In this document: in pieces, positions 1 to 8,578 of the stretch
Layout of the letters: every line of letters begins with the position of its first letter
Numbering within the stretch: the first letter of the stretch is position 1
Source: a virus
Virus record (IMG/VR): IMGVR_UViG_3300017991_000051
Coordinates: 105,253 to 169,252 of that record
Length of the DNA: 64,000 bases
Direction: 5' to 3' (one strand)
Position numbers and translations under genes: made by a program
Notes under the pieces: model-generated
The model's input: only the letters and a program-made list of their open reading frames with translations
The model's database searches: none
What the model was told of the DNA's origin: nothing

Positions 1-261
1 TTTGTAGTTCTTCGCGCCGCCTGTTTGGTCGTAAGTGGTCCGAAGGGGTATGTACACCAGCACGAACGTGCCAGGCTCGTAGACGGCGAAATTGGAGGGT
101 CCAAGGGGGTTGTATGAGCCGATGCTGGCACCGGCTATACATGAGATGGGGGCCTCCGCGCCCAGCCGGACATTGTACCAACGCGGTCCGGCCAACACGT
201 CGACCACCTGCCCTATCGCCAAGTGTACAGGCGTTGGGCGAATGGTAGAAGGATCGGCCAT
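1..261 (-). CDS. Putative baseplate spike/hub protein (gpV/gp5-like OB-fold N-terminus), partial, runs off the left edge
   Basis: Not in the ORF track. My translation is MADPSTIRPTPVHLAIGQVVDVLAGPRWYNVRL...YEPGTFVLVYIP, open to the edge, with a purine-rich SD upstream; it follows the tube gene. Confidence 0.5.
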   Translation of the reverse strand, partial: MADPSTIRPTPVHLAIGQVVDVLAGPRWYNVRLGAEAPISCIAGASIGSYNPLGPSNFAVYEPGTFVLVYIPLRTTYDQTGGAKNYK

Positions 262-301
262 AGGTCGCCTTCCCTGCTCCTCATACTATTACTGTTGCGC
301 G

Positions 302-350
302 CGTGTAACGGCGGGGGCGTCCGTGAGGTGCGCCCCCGCCAACTTACACG
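302..350 (-). terminator. GC-rich stem-loop downstream of the tail tube gene
   Basis: GGCGGGGGCG (310-319) pairs with CGCCCCCGCC (331-340); outer CGTGTAA/TTACACG arms; no strong U-tract. Confidence 0.5.
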
Positions 351-367
351 TCGATTTATCGACGGCT

Positions 368-802
368 TTAGACGGTCAGATACAGATACGTTCCGCCCAC
401 ACCCTCGTTGATGATCATATCATCGGATGTGACTGCAACGTTCACCGTGGCCGTCACGACATCGTGCAGGGTGTACTGCGCGCTGCCGCTGCCTGGATCA
501 CACAAGCCATTCTCACCACTGAATGACAATGTACCCGGGTTACACACGGTGTACTCTGCCAAGGAGCCTACGGACACGCCTGGGCCGGCGATCTTGCCGA
601 TACCCCACGTGCCGTTAGTATGGCCCGCGATGAAGAAACACTTGCCGGTCCCCAAATCCCAGATTCGGCTGAGTGCCTGCTCATAACCGATACTGATGTT
701 CCGAACGATAGCCCCACCGGTGATACCGGAGAAGTTAACGGTCGTCCCCTCAGGCTGGAAGCCGCCGCCATATGCTAGATTGCGACCAAATATATCAGCC
801 AT
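368..802 (-). CDS. Tail tube protein
   Basis: 144 aa, beta-rich, directly downstream of the sheath gene. Confidence 0.7.
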   Translation of the reverse strand: MADIFGRNLAYGGGFQPEGTTVNFSGITGGAIVRNISIGYEQALSRIWDLGTGKCFFIAGHTNGTWGIGKIAGPGVSVGSLAEYTVCNPGTLSFSGENGLCDPGSGSAQYTLHDVVTATVNVAVTSDDMIINEGVGGTYLYLTV

Positions 803-822
803 TATTCATCTCCTTCTGCTAC

Positions 823-3624
823 TTATACCACCAAGTGGACTTCCACGTTGTTCAGTGGCTCCGGCAGATCCAGATCCAACACGATCACCACACGGTCATG
901 CAGTGTCGGATGTCGCTGGATGCTGACGATGTCTCCGCTAATCAGCTGACCACCCACGGTCGGCAGATTAGAATTGTTCACCAAGTAATCGATCGCATCG
1001 GTGATTTCAGCGCGCAGCTGGTTCATGGTCTGCTCCGTCACATTGGAGATACCAATGTACGGTGCCACCTGCGCGAGGATCACGTAGCTGATCGAATCCA
1101 AGTTGGCGCTGATCATTTCCTCCCTGCTGTTGAGATCGGTCATGTCCGTTGTAAGGTCGTGTCGGACATAGATCTCGCCAGCTGGGGATTCGGTGACGAT
1201 GCATGTACCGGAAGCGGCCATTGTATCCAGCTCGTCTTCCGTGAACATCTCGGTCGTCCGCTCGACGGAGTCGACGCCGGCGACTGCAACGTTGGTCAGG
1301 CTCCTCTGAGGGGCCGTACCGGACCGCAAACCCGCGAGGGCCGCTGCCAGGTAGAAGCCAGACACCAGATCGGTGCCGCTCTCGAAGTAGTCAGGCCAGA
1401 CGTTGGACACACGCCGGTTCGAGAAGTGTGCGCTGCCGGCTGCAACCGCGGCCGCCATCTCGGCGTCGCTGAGGTCGCGCCAGATCTCGATCTTGGCTGC
1501 GACACTGATCGGGGACGATGGACCGGTCAGGAGCCGGACGCTGTCCTCCGACAGTACGGCATCGATCGTGTACTCGCTGTACGTCACGTTCCCGAAACCG
1601 TCGGTGGAGTACTGTGCCCGGACCTTGTCGCCGGCAATCACACCCGCCGTGATGATATCGACGTCGGTCGTGATCTCCACCAGCGTGTACTGCAGTCCGC
1701 TTGTGCCCGGATCGTCGGTGATCGTCGCGAGGACGGGGTCGCCGCTCGAATCCGCGGTCACGATCCCGCTCTCTTCCGCCAGCTCCGTGGATGTCCACAT
1801 ACGCCGCCAGCGACCGAACTCTGCGGCGCTCATGGCGTCACAGTGAGCTGCCACCGCGTCGTGGATAGCGGTCGTGAAGGTCATCGGCACGAGGCCGTGC
1901 ACGTCGTTACGCTGCGTCAGCTTGCCCAGCGCGGCGTTGTAGCCCGCCAGATCGTCGGTTGGCACGCAGATGTACTTGACGTCCGTCCCGTTCGAATTCA
2001 GGAGGGCCATGTACACACCGTACGCAACCGGGTTGTCGACCGACAGCGTACCGAGCGCTGCTGCGAGGGCGCTGGTGAGGCTGATGGTGCCGACGGCAGT
2101 GCAACAGCCTTGCAGGAGAGCCCTGTAATAGACCCATGCATCCCCGCCCTTTACTGGGAGAGGCAGCATGACACCGTCGTCGTCCACCCACGTCGAATCG
2201 TAGGAGAGGATGCCGTCCGCCAGGCAGATCTCTGTGGCGGAGGTCGTCCAGTTGACGATAGGTGCGAAGCCGGTCCGGTCTTCCGGCACCTCGATATCCT
2301 TCTGGATATACAGAGTAACGGAGAGGTCGGGCACCGTCGCACATACGCCGGCGTCGTTCAGGCCGATAAGGTCGTCAGGCAGGTTGTGACCGAGCACCAG
2401 CGTCCGGATAGCACCGGCTGCTGGAGCCGTAACCGGAATGTAGTACCTGTCGCCCCTGTAGAGACCTTGGCCGGCCCCGATAAGCGATGTGAATCGGATC
2501 GTGACCCCGTAGGAGCCGATCGCAACATTCGTGTCCAGTGCGGCCACGGAATGCGGTCCGCTGGAGTCGATACCGGTTGTCGTCGAGATGGTGACCTGCG
2601 GGGTGCTCGCACCGCCGAACATACCACCTGTGGTAACCTCGATGACGTACGTGGTGTCGGAGGGCCCACTGTAGGTACCGCCGGACACAGGATCCACGTC
2701 CACGGCGCCGAAGTTGACCGTCAGTTCCCACTTCATACCGTCGACGAAGATGTCCGCGCCTGCACGGGTCCACGTCACGCTGAGGCTCTTGTTACCGAAC
2801 GGCGTCGCAACGCCCCAGTCGTTTGGTGTCAGTTCCGCCGTATCATCGGTACCGCTGGCGCTCGTCACACGGATAATCGCATCCGCCGGCGCGCCGCCGA
2901 CAATGACTTCCAGCGTATACTCATCGGATTGAACACCGTCAATGTATCCCTGCTCCGGATGGTCTGGGGGAGTCGCCGCATCCGTGATGTCCACGGAATT
3001 GCCGGCAAAGCCGATCTTGTCGATGACGATGGAGGGGTTGATAGACGAAGATTCGTCGAGAGGTGCGGATTCGTTGTTCGGATCCTCTACGGCATCCCCA
3101 ACAACACCGGGGATCTCGTCGGCCATGAAACCGGCCACGTAGGTCCACAGTGTCACGGTCTCGGCGCCGATGACGGCTTCCACCTTGGCGATATCGCCGA
3201 CGGTCACGTCACGGTTGCGGAGGGCCGCAGCGCGCGCGTACGCGCCGGAGGTCACCCAGTTGGTGTTCGCAGCCCGAATGGCGTTCTTGACTTGAGGATC
3301 ACCCACCACGTCGGGCAGGTTGCAGAAAGTAGCTTGGATTTCATCGCCGGTACTGGCTGGGTTGTGGAAGTACTGGAGCAGCGCGTCATCAATAAACACC
3401 CGGGTCCAGTCCTGATCCACCACCGCGCCCGCCGAACGATTCGGCCAGCTGTAACATGTTTCGGAGTTCGGATCGTACTCTCCGAGTGCTCCCTGTGCAG
3501 CAGTCGTCACCAGCTCATAATTCGGCCCTATGATACACGCCCGCAGCGGTTCCGTAATCGCCGTAGGCAACAGGGTGAACTCCTGGTAGACAAGTGCTTG
3601 TGGTACTACGTATGATGTAGGCAT
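823..3624 (-). CDS. Contractile tail sheath protein
   Basis: 933 aa with an N-terminal YVVPQALVYQE motif and a sheath-like C-terminus (ALAGLRSG...SLTNVAV...RHDLTT...PLNNVEVHLVV). Confidence 0.85.
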   Translation of the reverse strand: MPTSYVVPQALVYQEFTLLPTAITEPLRACIIGPNYELVTTAAQGALGEYDPNSETCYSWPNRSAGAVVDQDWTRVFIDDALLQYFHNPASTGDEIQATFCNLPDVVGDPQVKNAIRAANTNWVTSGAYARAAALRNRDVTVGDIAKVEAVIGAETVTLWTYVAGFMADEIPGVVGDAVEDPNNESAPLDESSSINPSIVIDKIGFAGNSVDITDAATPPDHPEQGYIDGVQSDEYTLEVIVGGAPADAIIRVTSASGTDDTAELTPNDWGVATPFGNKSLSVTWTRAGADIFVDGMKWELTVNFGAVDVDPVSGGTYSGPSDTTYVIEVTTGGMFGGASTPQVTISTTTGIDSSGPHSVAALDTNVAIGSYGVTIRFTSLIGAGQGLYRGDRYYIPVTAPAAGAIRTLVLGHNLPDDLIGLNDAGVCATVPDLSVTLYIQKDIEVPEDRTGFAPIVNWTTSATEICLADGILSYDSTWVDDDGVMLPLPVKGGDAWVYYRALLQGCCTAVGTISLTSALAAALGTLSVDNPVAYGVYMALLNSNGTDVKYICVPTDDLAGYNAALGKLTQRNDVHGLVPMTFTTAIHDAVAAHCDAMSAAEFGRWRRMWTSTELAEESGIVTADSSGDPVLATITDDPGTSGLQYTLVEITTDVDIITAGVIAGDKVRAQYSTDGFGNVTYSEYTIDAVLSEDSVRLLTGPSSPISVAAKIEIWRDLSDAEMAAAVAAGSAHFSNRRVSNVWPDYFESGTDLVSGFYLAAALAGLRSGTAPQRSLTNVAVAGVDSVERTTEMFTEDELDTMAASGTCIVTESPAGEIYVRHDLTTDMTDLNSREEMISANLDSISYVILAQVAPYIGISNVTEQTMNQLRAEITDAIDYLVNNSNLPTVGGQLISGDIVSIQRHPTLHDRVVIVLDLDLPEPLNNVEVHLVV

Positions 3625-3647
3625 CGTTTTCCTCCGTCAGATTTCCC

Positions 3648-4340
3648 TTATGCGGTTAGTGTTATACCCTTCAACTTCAGTGCTTCCGGAGTCAGTTGCC
3701 ATACGTGATTGAACGCATAGGTCACAACTACCGGCACGACCCAATGTTCTCTTGATTCCTCGAGCTTCCCGATGCCCCCTAACTCCATGACCTCGAACCT
3801 GTTCAGGTTTGTATCCTTACGGATCAGCGGAGCGAACTCCACCAGCTCAAAGAAAACTTCTGTTCCGACCGTTTCGGCTTCCGCCCCGGTCCCGCCGATA
3901 CAGAACACTGTATGGCTTCCTGCTATTATTACCTCATAACGGTATCCATTGTCAACAGCATTATCGGTCACAATGTTCGATTTGTCAATGCTCGAACGTG
4001 TGCCCAGCATATGCTTGTCCCCGATACCCAGCTTGATGCGTCCGTACCGGTTACGTTTGACGTATATCCCAGGCCGGCGTTGTATCGCCTGCGTGGGTGA
4101 TTTAGGCCACTTTGTCACGGATTCAATGGCGATCCGCGAGGCCTCCGTCTCGCTGTTCCAGATGTAGTCCTTCAGACTCGCATCAACGATCTGCGCCGGA
4201 TCGGAGAAGTGCCGGCGGATCACCCACAGTAAAACACCCGTCATGACCAGCGGAGGGTGCCCGATGGTACACAGTGCGCTGAACTCGCTATCCACCCACT
4301 GCGGGTCAATTACGCCTGTTATTGGGGATGCCAAGCTCAT
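3648..4340 (-). CDS. Tail terminator / tail completion protein
   Basis: 230 aa immediately upstream of the sheath gene; synteny. Confidence 0.55.
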   Translation of the reverse strand: MSLASPITGVIDPQWVDSEFSALCTIGHPPLVMTGVLLWVIRRHFSDPAQIVDASLKDYIWNSETEASRIAIESVTKWPKSPTQAIQRRPGIYVKRNRYGRIKLGIGDKHMLGTRSSIDKSNIVTDNAVDNGYRYEVIIAGSHTVFCIGGTGAEAETVGTEVFFELVEFAPLIRKDTNLNRFEVMELGGIGKLEESREHWVVPVVVTYAFNHVWQLTPEALKLKGITLTA

Positions 4341-4521
4341 GTAGTACGTCCTCCCACTCCGGCTCGTAGTTCAATGAAATCAGCGGCAACATCCTCGTCC
4401 CCTGTGTCCGCTCACGCCTACGCTCCCTCCTGCGGGAGGGTGGAGGCGCCGGCTCGGGCGAAGCCGGCGCACTCACGGGCGGTGACGGGCTGGCACCGGG
4501 GTTGAAAGTCTTGCGCGCCAT
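4306..4521 (-). CDS. Small Pro/Arg-rich hypothetical protein
   Basis: 71 aa, GGAG SD, fills the gap between neighbours. Confidence 0.5.
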   Translation of the reverse strand: MARKTFNPGASPSPPVSAPASPEPAPPPSRRRERRRERTQGTRMLPLISLNYEPEWEDVLHELGIPNNRRN

Positions 4522-4558
4522 TTACTCTCCAAAGATTGTCTAGCAATGATACAAAATC

Positions 4559-5392
4559 TTAGAACCTGTCCACCTTCACGATCGCATCGAAAATGAGGTG
4601 GTCCCACTCCTCGAGCGCCTTCGGGATCAGCGCAGCGTTGTCCATCGCCCACCCCTTCTTCCGCTCGAACTGGATCCGGAGATGTTTCTTCAGCGGAAGA
4701 TTGGTCACGAAGTACTCGTGCATCTTATTCGCCGCACCCGACAACAGGATGCTTAGTATGAACCGCCCCCACTTCAGCACCGTCCACCACTTCGTGGACC
4801 CGACGGTGTTGTTCTTGCAGCGTTCACCGGTTCCGATCGAGCACAGCTCCAGCTCCGACAGCGACACCCCCAGCTTGGCGATGGAACCAACGGTGGCGAC
4901 CATGGCCGGATTGTTCGCGAACGGTCCACCGTCCGCCAGGCCCTTCCACGGCAGGAAGTAGCCTTCGGCGGCCACGGCCATGCGCACGACCTCCCACAAC
5001 CACAGCTCGCCGTCCTCCGAGTCGCCGGAGAAGAAGACCTTGAGGGTCTCTCGATTCAAATCCGCCGCGGTAATGAAAAGCGGCACCTTCACGTCCTTCA
5101 ACTTCCCCGGGAAGAGGGACTTCAGCGCCGCATTCAGCTCCTTGTCGGAGTAGCGGGGCGTGAACGGGTTGAACCGCTTCCACGTATAGCCGGCAAATAT
5201 CTTCGGCGCCTTCTCGAGGAAGAAGTCCATGAACTGCGCTTGATCGATCTTCGTGGCGATGGACGCGCCGACGATGGCTCCCACCGACGTGCCGGCCACG
5301 AAGTCGAACTTATCCAAATCCTTGACTTGGCTCAGGATCGACGCCTGCCCCACACCGAACACCCCGCCCCCGTCTAGTGCTAAACCTTTCAT
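4559..5392 (-). CDS. Patatin-like phospholipase
   Basis: DGGGVFG oxyanion motif, GTSVG nucleophile, DGGPFANNP catalytic Asp. Confidence 0.9.
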   Translation of the reverse strand: MKGLALDGGGVFGVGQASILSQVKDLDKFDFVAGTSVGAIVGASIATKIDQAQFMDFFLEKAPKIFAGYTWKRFNPFTPRYSDKELNAALKSLFPGKLKDVKVPLFITAADLNRETLKVFFSGDSEDGELWLWEVVRMAVAAEGYFLPWKGLADGGPFANNPAMVATVGSIAKLGVSLSELELCSIGTGERCKNNTVGSTKWWTVLKWGRFILSILLSGAANKMHEYFVTNLPLKKHLRIQFERKKGWAMDNAALIPKALEEWDHLIFDAIVKVDRF

Positions 5393-5708
5393 CACTACGC
5401 TCCACTGTCTTTCGCTGTTCGCATAACTCCCTGACGTTCTCCACGTACCGCGTGGCGAAGCTACGGTTATGACCGACGATCAGATGGCACCGCCGGCACA
5501 ACGTTATGAAGTTGTCCGGATCCAACGCCAGCGACTCGTCCGCCCACAACGGAACGATGTGATGCGCCTGCAGCTTCTTTATCGCACCACACCAGCAACA
5601 GTAAGGCTCCTTCTCGATGTGCTGCCTGCATGCCTTACGCACCCTCCACGTCCTCGTGGGGTACTTCACCACGTAGGACCAGTTCCGTGTCTCCAACGTT
5701 GTAAACAC
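5310..5708 (-). CDS. HNH endonuclease
   Basis: CCWCG...AHHIVP...NFITLCRRCH. Confidence 0.85.
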   Translation of the reverse strand: MFTTLETRNWSYVVKYPTRTWRVRKACRQHIEKEPYCCWCGAIKKLQAHHIVPLWADESLALDPDNFITLCRRCHLIVGHNRSFATRYVENVRELCEQRKTVERSDERFSTRRGRGVRCGAGVDPEPSQGFG

Positions 5709-5959
5709 TATGCCTTCTTCTTCAGGCGGTAATGCGGAACATTCTTCAGTCGACCATTAACCATGATCCTGAACTGCTTCATCTCCGCCATACCGCTGTT
5801 CACCATCGTCTGCACGTAGCGATTCACTACCGAATGACTCTTCTGCATCACAGCCACCAGCTCGCGCATGGGATGCCAATCAGGTGGCACTTCATCCAAG
5901 TCCGGCATAGTCGCCTCCGCCGCCGCGCTCACCCACGCCTCGATGTCATCTTGTGACAT
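5708..5959 (-). CDS. Small HTH-like DNA-binding protein
   Basis: MRELVAVMQKSHSVVNRYVQTMVNSG resembles a winged HTH. Confidence 0.45.
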   Translation of the reverse strand: MSQDDIEAWVSAAAEATMPDLDEVPPDWHPMRELVAVMQKSHSVVNRYVQTMVNSGMAEMKQFRIMVNGRLKNVPHYRLKKKA

Positions 5960-5967
5960 CTTCACGT

Positions 5968-6792
5968 TTAGAGTTTCACGGTGCGGGCTTTTTGACGCTT
6001 TAGATCTGCGAGATGCGCCTGCCATACGTAACCTCCATCCGGATTGACATCGAAGTGTACAAACCCGTAGTTAACACGTCCAGAACACTTACGTGCACCG
6101 AACTTGGTTCCCATCGCCTGCAACGCCGGCGTCGTCATAGCCAGCACGTCGTCTTCGCCACAGAACACGTGATAGTGTACGTGGCTGCGTATGATGACGT
6201 CGCCTTTCGGCTGCTCCTTGTGGTCCGACCACAGGCAGTTCCACAGGCGATCGCGCGCCAGTGCCGTGTAACGGCCGTGCGGAATCTGCGACGACCCGAT
6301 ATGGTGTTTCACATCGAATACGCAACCGTTCACGTCCACCCACTCGTGACTCCCGATCTTCACCGACTTGACGCCCTTCACGTCGCGCAACCGATCGGCG
6401 ATGATGTCTTCAAAGTCTTCCTTGTCGCCCGTATGATACGGGGTGCCGTAGGTGAGCACATAGTGCTTTGCCTTGAGCTGCTTAAGCACGTCCAGCGCCA
6501 TGTCCACCTGCGTAATCCTGTTCGTTGTAATCAGCTCTGTACCGCCCGATCGCTCGCCGCGACCATCAATCATATCCGCATTGAAGATCACGACATCGAA
6601 AGGCCCCGTTGCATTGGTCTCCTTCTCGAACCAGTTCCACGACTCGCGCTCGAGATCCGCCGCCTTATCCCGCCACGTACCACGCTGCTTCGTGTACGTC
6701 ATCTGATATTGCGGTGAGGTTAGACCAACCAAGTGGCCACAATGTGAGTCGGAGAAGATACCGACCCGTTTCGTTTTACGGCTACCACCCAT
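5968..6792 (-). CDS. Calcineurin-like metallophosphoesterase
   Basis: SDSHCGH, NADMIDG, GTPYH, KHH and SHVH motifs. Confidence 0.8.
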   Translation of the reverse strand: MGGSRKTKRVGIFSDSHCGHLVGLTSPQYQMTYTKQRGTWRDKAADLERESWNWFEKETNATGPFDVVIFNADMIDGRGERSGGTELITTNRITQVDMALDVLKQLKAKHYVLTYGTPYHTGDKEDFEDIIADRLRDVKGVKSVKIGSHEWVDVNGCVFDVKHHIGSSQIPHGRYTALARDRLWNCLWSDHKEQPKGDVIIRSHVHYHVFCGEDDVLAMTTPALQAMGTKFGARKCSGRVNYGFVHFDVNPDGGYVWQAHLADLKRQKARTVKL

Positions 6793-6848
6793 CGTGATGC
6801 CCTCCTTCTATTCCATCCAGCAGAACTATTCCGCCGATGGTGCTGCTG

Positions 6849-6877
6849 ATTAAACAACAAAATAACTAAGCCGTCAA
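6849..6877 (-). promoter_or_regulatory. Candidate sigma70-type promoter
   Basis: TTGACG-17 nt-TTTAAT in an AT-rich intergenic gap. Confidence 0.4.
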
Positions 6878-7025
6878 GCAACAAATTAAGGAAAAAAATA
6901 ACTTATCAAATAGGCAAACGGCACGCCATATGACTAGCCAAAATAAAAGGCAAAACGCTATTACGCTGCTCCATACAAGCAGTGAGATGGCGCCGTGTAG
7001 TGCCCGTCGCCAATTCGCCCGTTTC

Positions 7026-7403
7026 CTAGAACTCTGCATTGAGTGTCAGGGTGGCTGCACCGTTCGTACTGTTCACGAACCGAAGGGTGTCGCCGTCCCG
7101 GAAGTATACCCGCCCAGGTATGTACCATGTGACATGCGTCATGTTGGTCTCCGGTACGTTCAGCAACACGTTCGTCACGTCGTTGCGGACGTACGATACC
7201 GTAAACTCATTGGTCACCGGCTCCGGGAAGCTCAACAGTACAGACGTCAGATAGTACGGACGAACCGATGTACCTGTCACTGGGATCTCCAGCGTGCCGG
7301 AGATCGCTCGAGCCGTATTGAAAATGAAGGTGTCGCCGGCGATCGCTGCAACAGCGATCAGCAGCCCCACCAATACCAGCCGTATGATCTTTTGTCGCTT
7401 CAT
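7026..7403 (-). CDS. Secreted hypothetical protein
   Basis: Signal peptide MKRQKIIRLVLVGLLIAVAAIA; TN-rich and beta-rich. Confidence 0.7.
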   Translation of the reverse strand: MKRQKIIRLVLVGLLIAVAAIAGDTFIFNTARAISGTLEIPVTGTSVRPYYLTSVLLSFPEPVTNEFTVSYVRNDVTNVLLNVPETNMTHVTWYIPGRVYFRDGDTLRFVNSTNGAATLTLNAEF

Positions 7404-7417
7404 GTTCGTATACTCCT

Positions 7418-7798
7418 TTACGGGAGGCGGCTCTTGCCAACCTTGATAGCAGCGCGCCTCCAGCGTACCATCTCCTGAATGCCGTTGGTCGAACCAAGCG
7501 CCTCAAGCGCGTTCTTCCACTGGGTCCGCGTGGCCTTGACCTCCAAAAACTCAAGGAGTTCGCCGTCCACGTTTATTGGTACACGGTCGCCGGCCGCGTC
7601 GCGCAGCATCACCGCGAACTCGAAGGTGTTCTCGTTCAGATCTATGAAGATCCCGCGCTTCTTCTCGAGGCGTATGCTTTCGGGCGTCCGCGATACGGTC
7701 TGCTCCGTCGTGTACGATTCCTGCTGGTCGGCTCCCATAACTATGAATGTCGCCACCAACAGTGCCAGGACTACGCCTGCTGTAATATACTTCTTCAT
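7418..7798 (-). CDS. Secreted hypothetical protein
   Basis: Signal peptide MKKYITAGVVLALLVATFIVMGA. Confidence 0.7.
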   Translation of the reverse strand: MKKYITAGVVLALLVATFIVMGADQQESYTTEQTVSRTPESIRLEKKRGIFIDLNENTFEFAVMLRDAAGDRVPINVDGELLEFLEVKATRTQWKNALEALGSTNGIQEMVRWRRAAIKVGKSRLP

Positions 7799-7823
7799 CT
7801 TACCGTCTCCTTTTTCTCAAATA

Positions 7824-8150
7824 TTACTCCTGCTCCGTTTCCTCGAACGCCGCATCGGCCTCCGCCTTAGCCGCATCGATGGCGGCGTTGACGGCGTCTA
7901 CCCGCTTATGCTCGGCCAACGCTGTACGCCAGTACTCCAGAACGGCAGCGGTCGACGCGTCCTTAAACCGTGCTTGGTAGTCGCCGCCAGCGTTGTCCGG
8001 ATCGATCTTCTCGTCTAGGAGTTCCTTGACCGCGTCAACTTCAAGGCTCTTGATCGTAATCTTAATCGTAAGATCGATGTCTGCCGCCCACGCAACAACA
8101 GCAATACCAACGACACCGACCAGAACCAATATCATCAGATGTTTCTTCAT
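7824..8150 (-). CDS. Secreted hypothetical protein with a helical C-terminus
   Basis: Signal peptide MKKHLMILVLVGVVGIAVVAWA. Confidence 0.7.
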   Translation of the reverse strand: MKKHLMILVLVGVVGIAVVAWAADIDLTIKITIKSLEVDAVKELLDEKIDPDNAGGDYQARFKDASTAAVLEYWRTALAEHKRVDAVNAAIDAAKAEADAAFEETEQE

Positions 8151-8170
8151 CTTACCGTCTCCTTGTCGTA

Positions 8171-8557
8171 TTATAGTTGATCGTATAGTGCTTTCGCCAC
8201 ACGAAGATGCGCGCGCTTAAGCGTCAGAAGAAATCCGACGTCATTCGTAGCCGCCGCGTAACCCTCTTGATTCAAACCCCACTTAAGGTTCGAGAGCGTG
8301 GGCGTCACCGCGTAGAACTCCTGATCCCCAGGGAGCTTGGTCATCTTGACCACCGTCCCGTCAGCCTTCTGGAGCTGGACGACATACTCTTGGCTCCAGT
8401 CGTTAATGTCGTAGACGAGCTTTGTGTCGTCAGCGAACACCATCTTCGCCGGTGTTTGGTCGTAAGTTTGCGGCGTGTTGTAGTCGATGGACGTACCAAG
8501 GGAAATCCCCGCGATAAGCCCCGTTACCGTCATTATAATTGCATATCTGATCTTCAT
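8171..8557 (-). CDS. Secreted hypothetical protein
   Basis: Signal-like N-terminus MKIRYAIIMTVTGLIAGISLG; AAGGAG SD. Confidence 0.7.
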   Translation of the reverse strand: MKIRYAIIMTVTGLIAGISLGTSIDYNTPQTYDQTPAKMVFADDTKLVYDINDWSQEYVVQLQKADGTVVKMTKLPGDQEFYAVTPTLSNLKWGLNQEGYAAATNDVGFLLTLKRAHLRVAKALYDQL

Positions 8558-8578
8558 TCTTAACCTTCTCCTTCTTCT

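Noticed and set aside
772-3615. Long + strand ORFs (947 aa here; also 21601-23088, 32438-33526, 38233-39405, 58339-59448)
   Set aside because: They are antisense shadows of GC-rich minus-strand genes, with no motifs or SD support.
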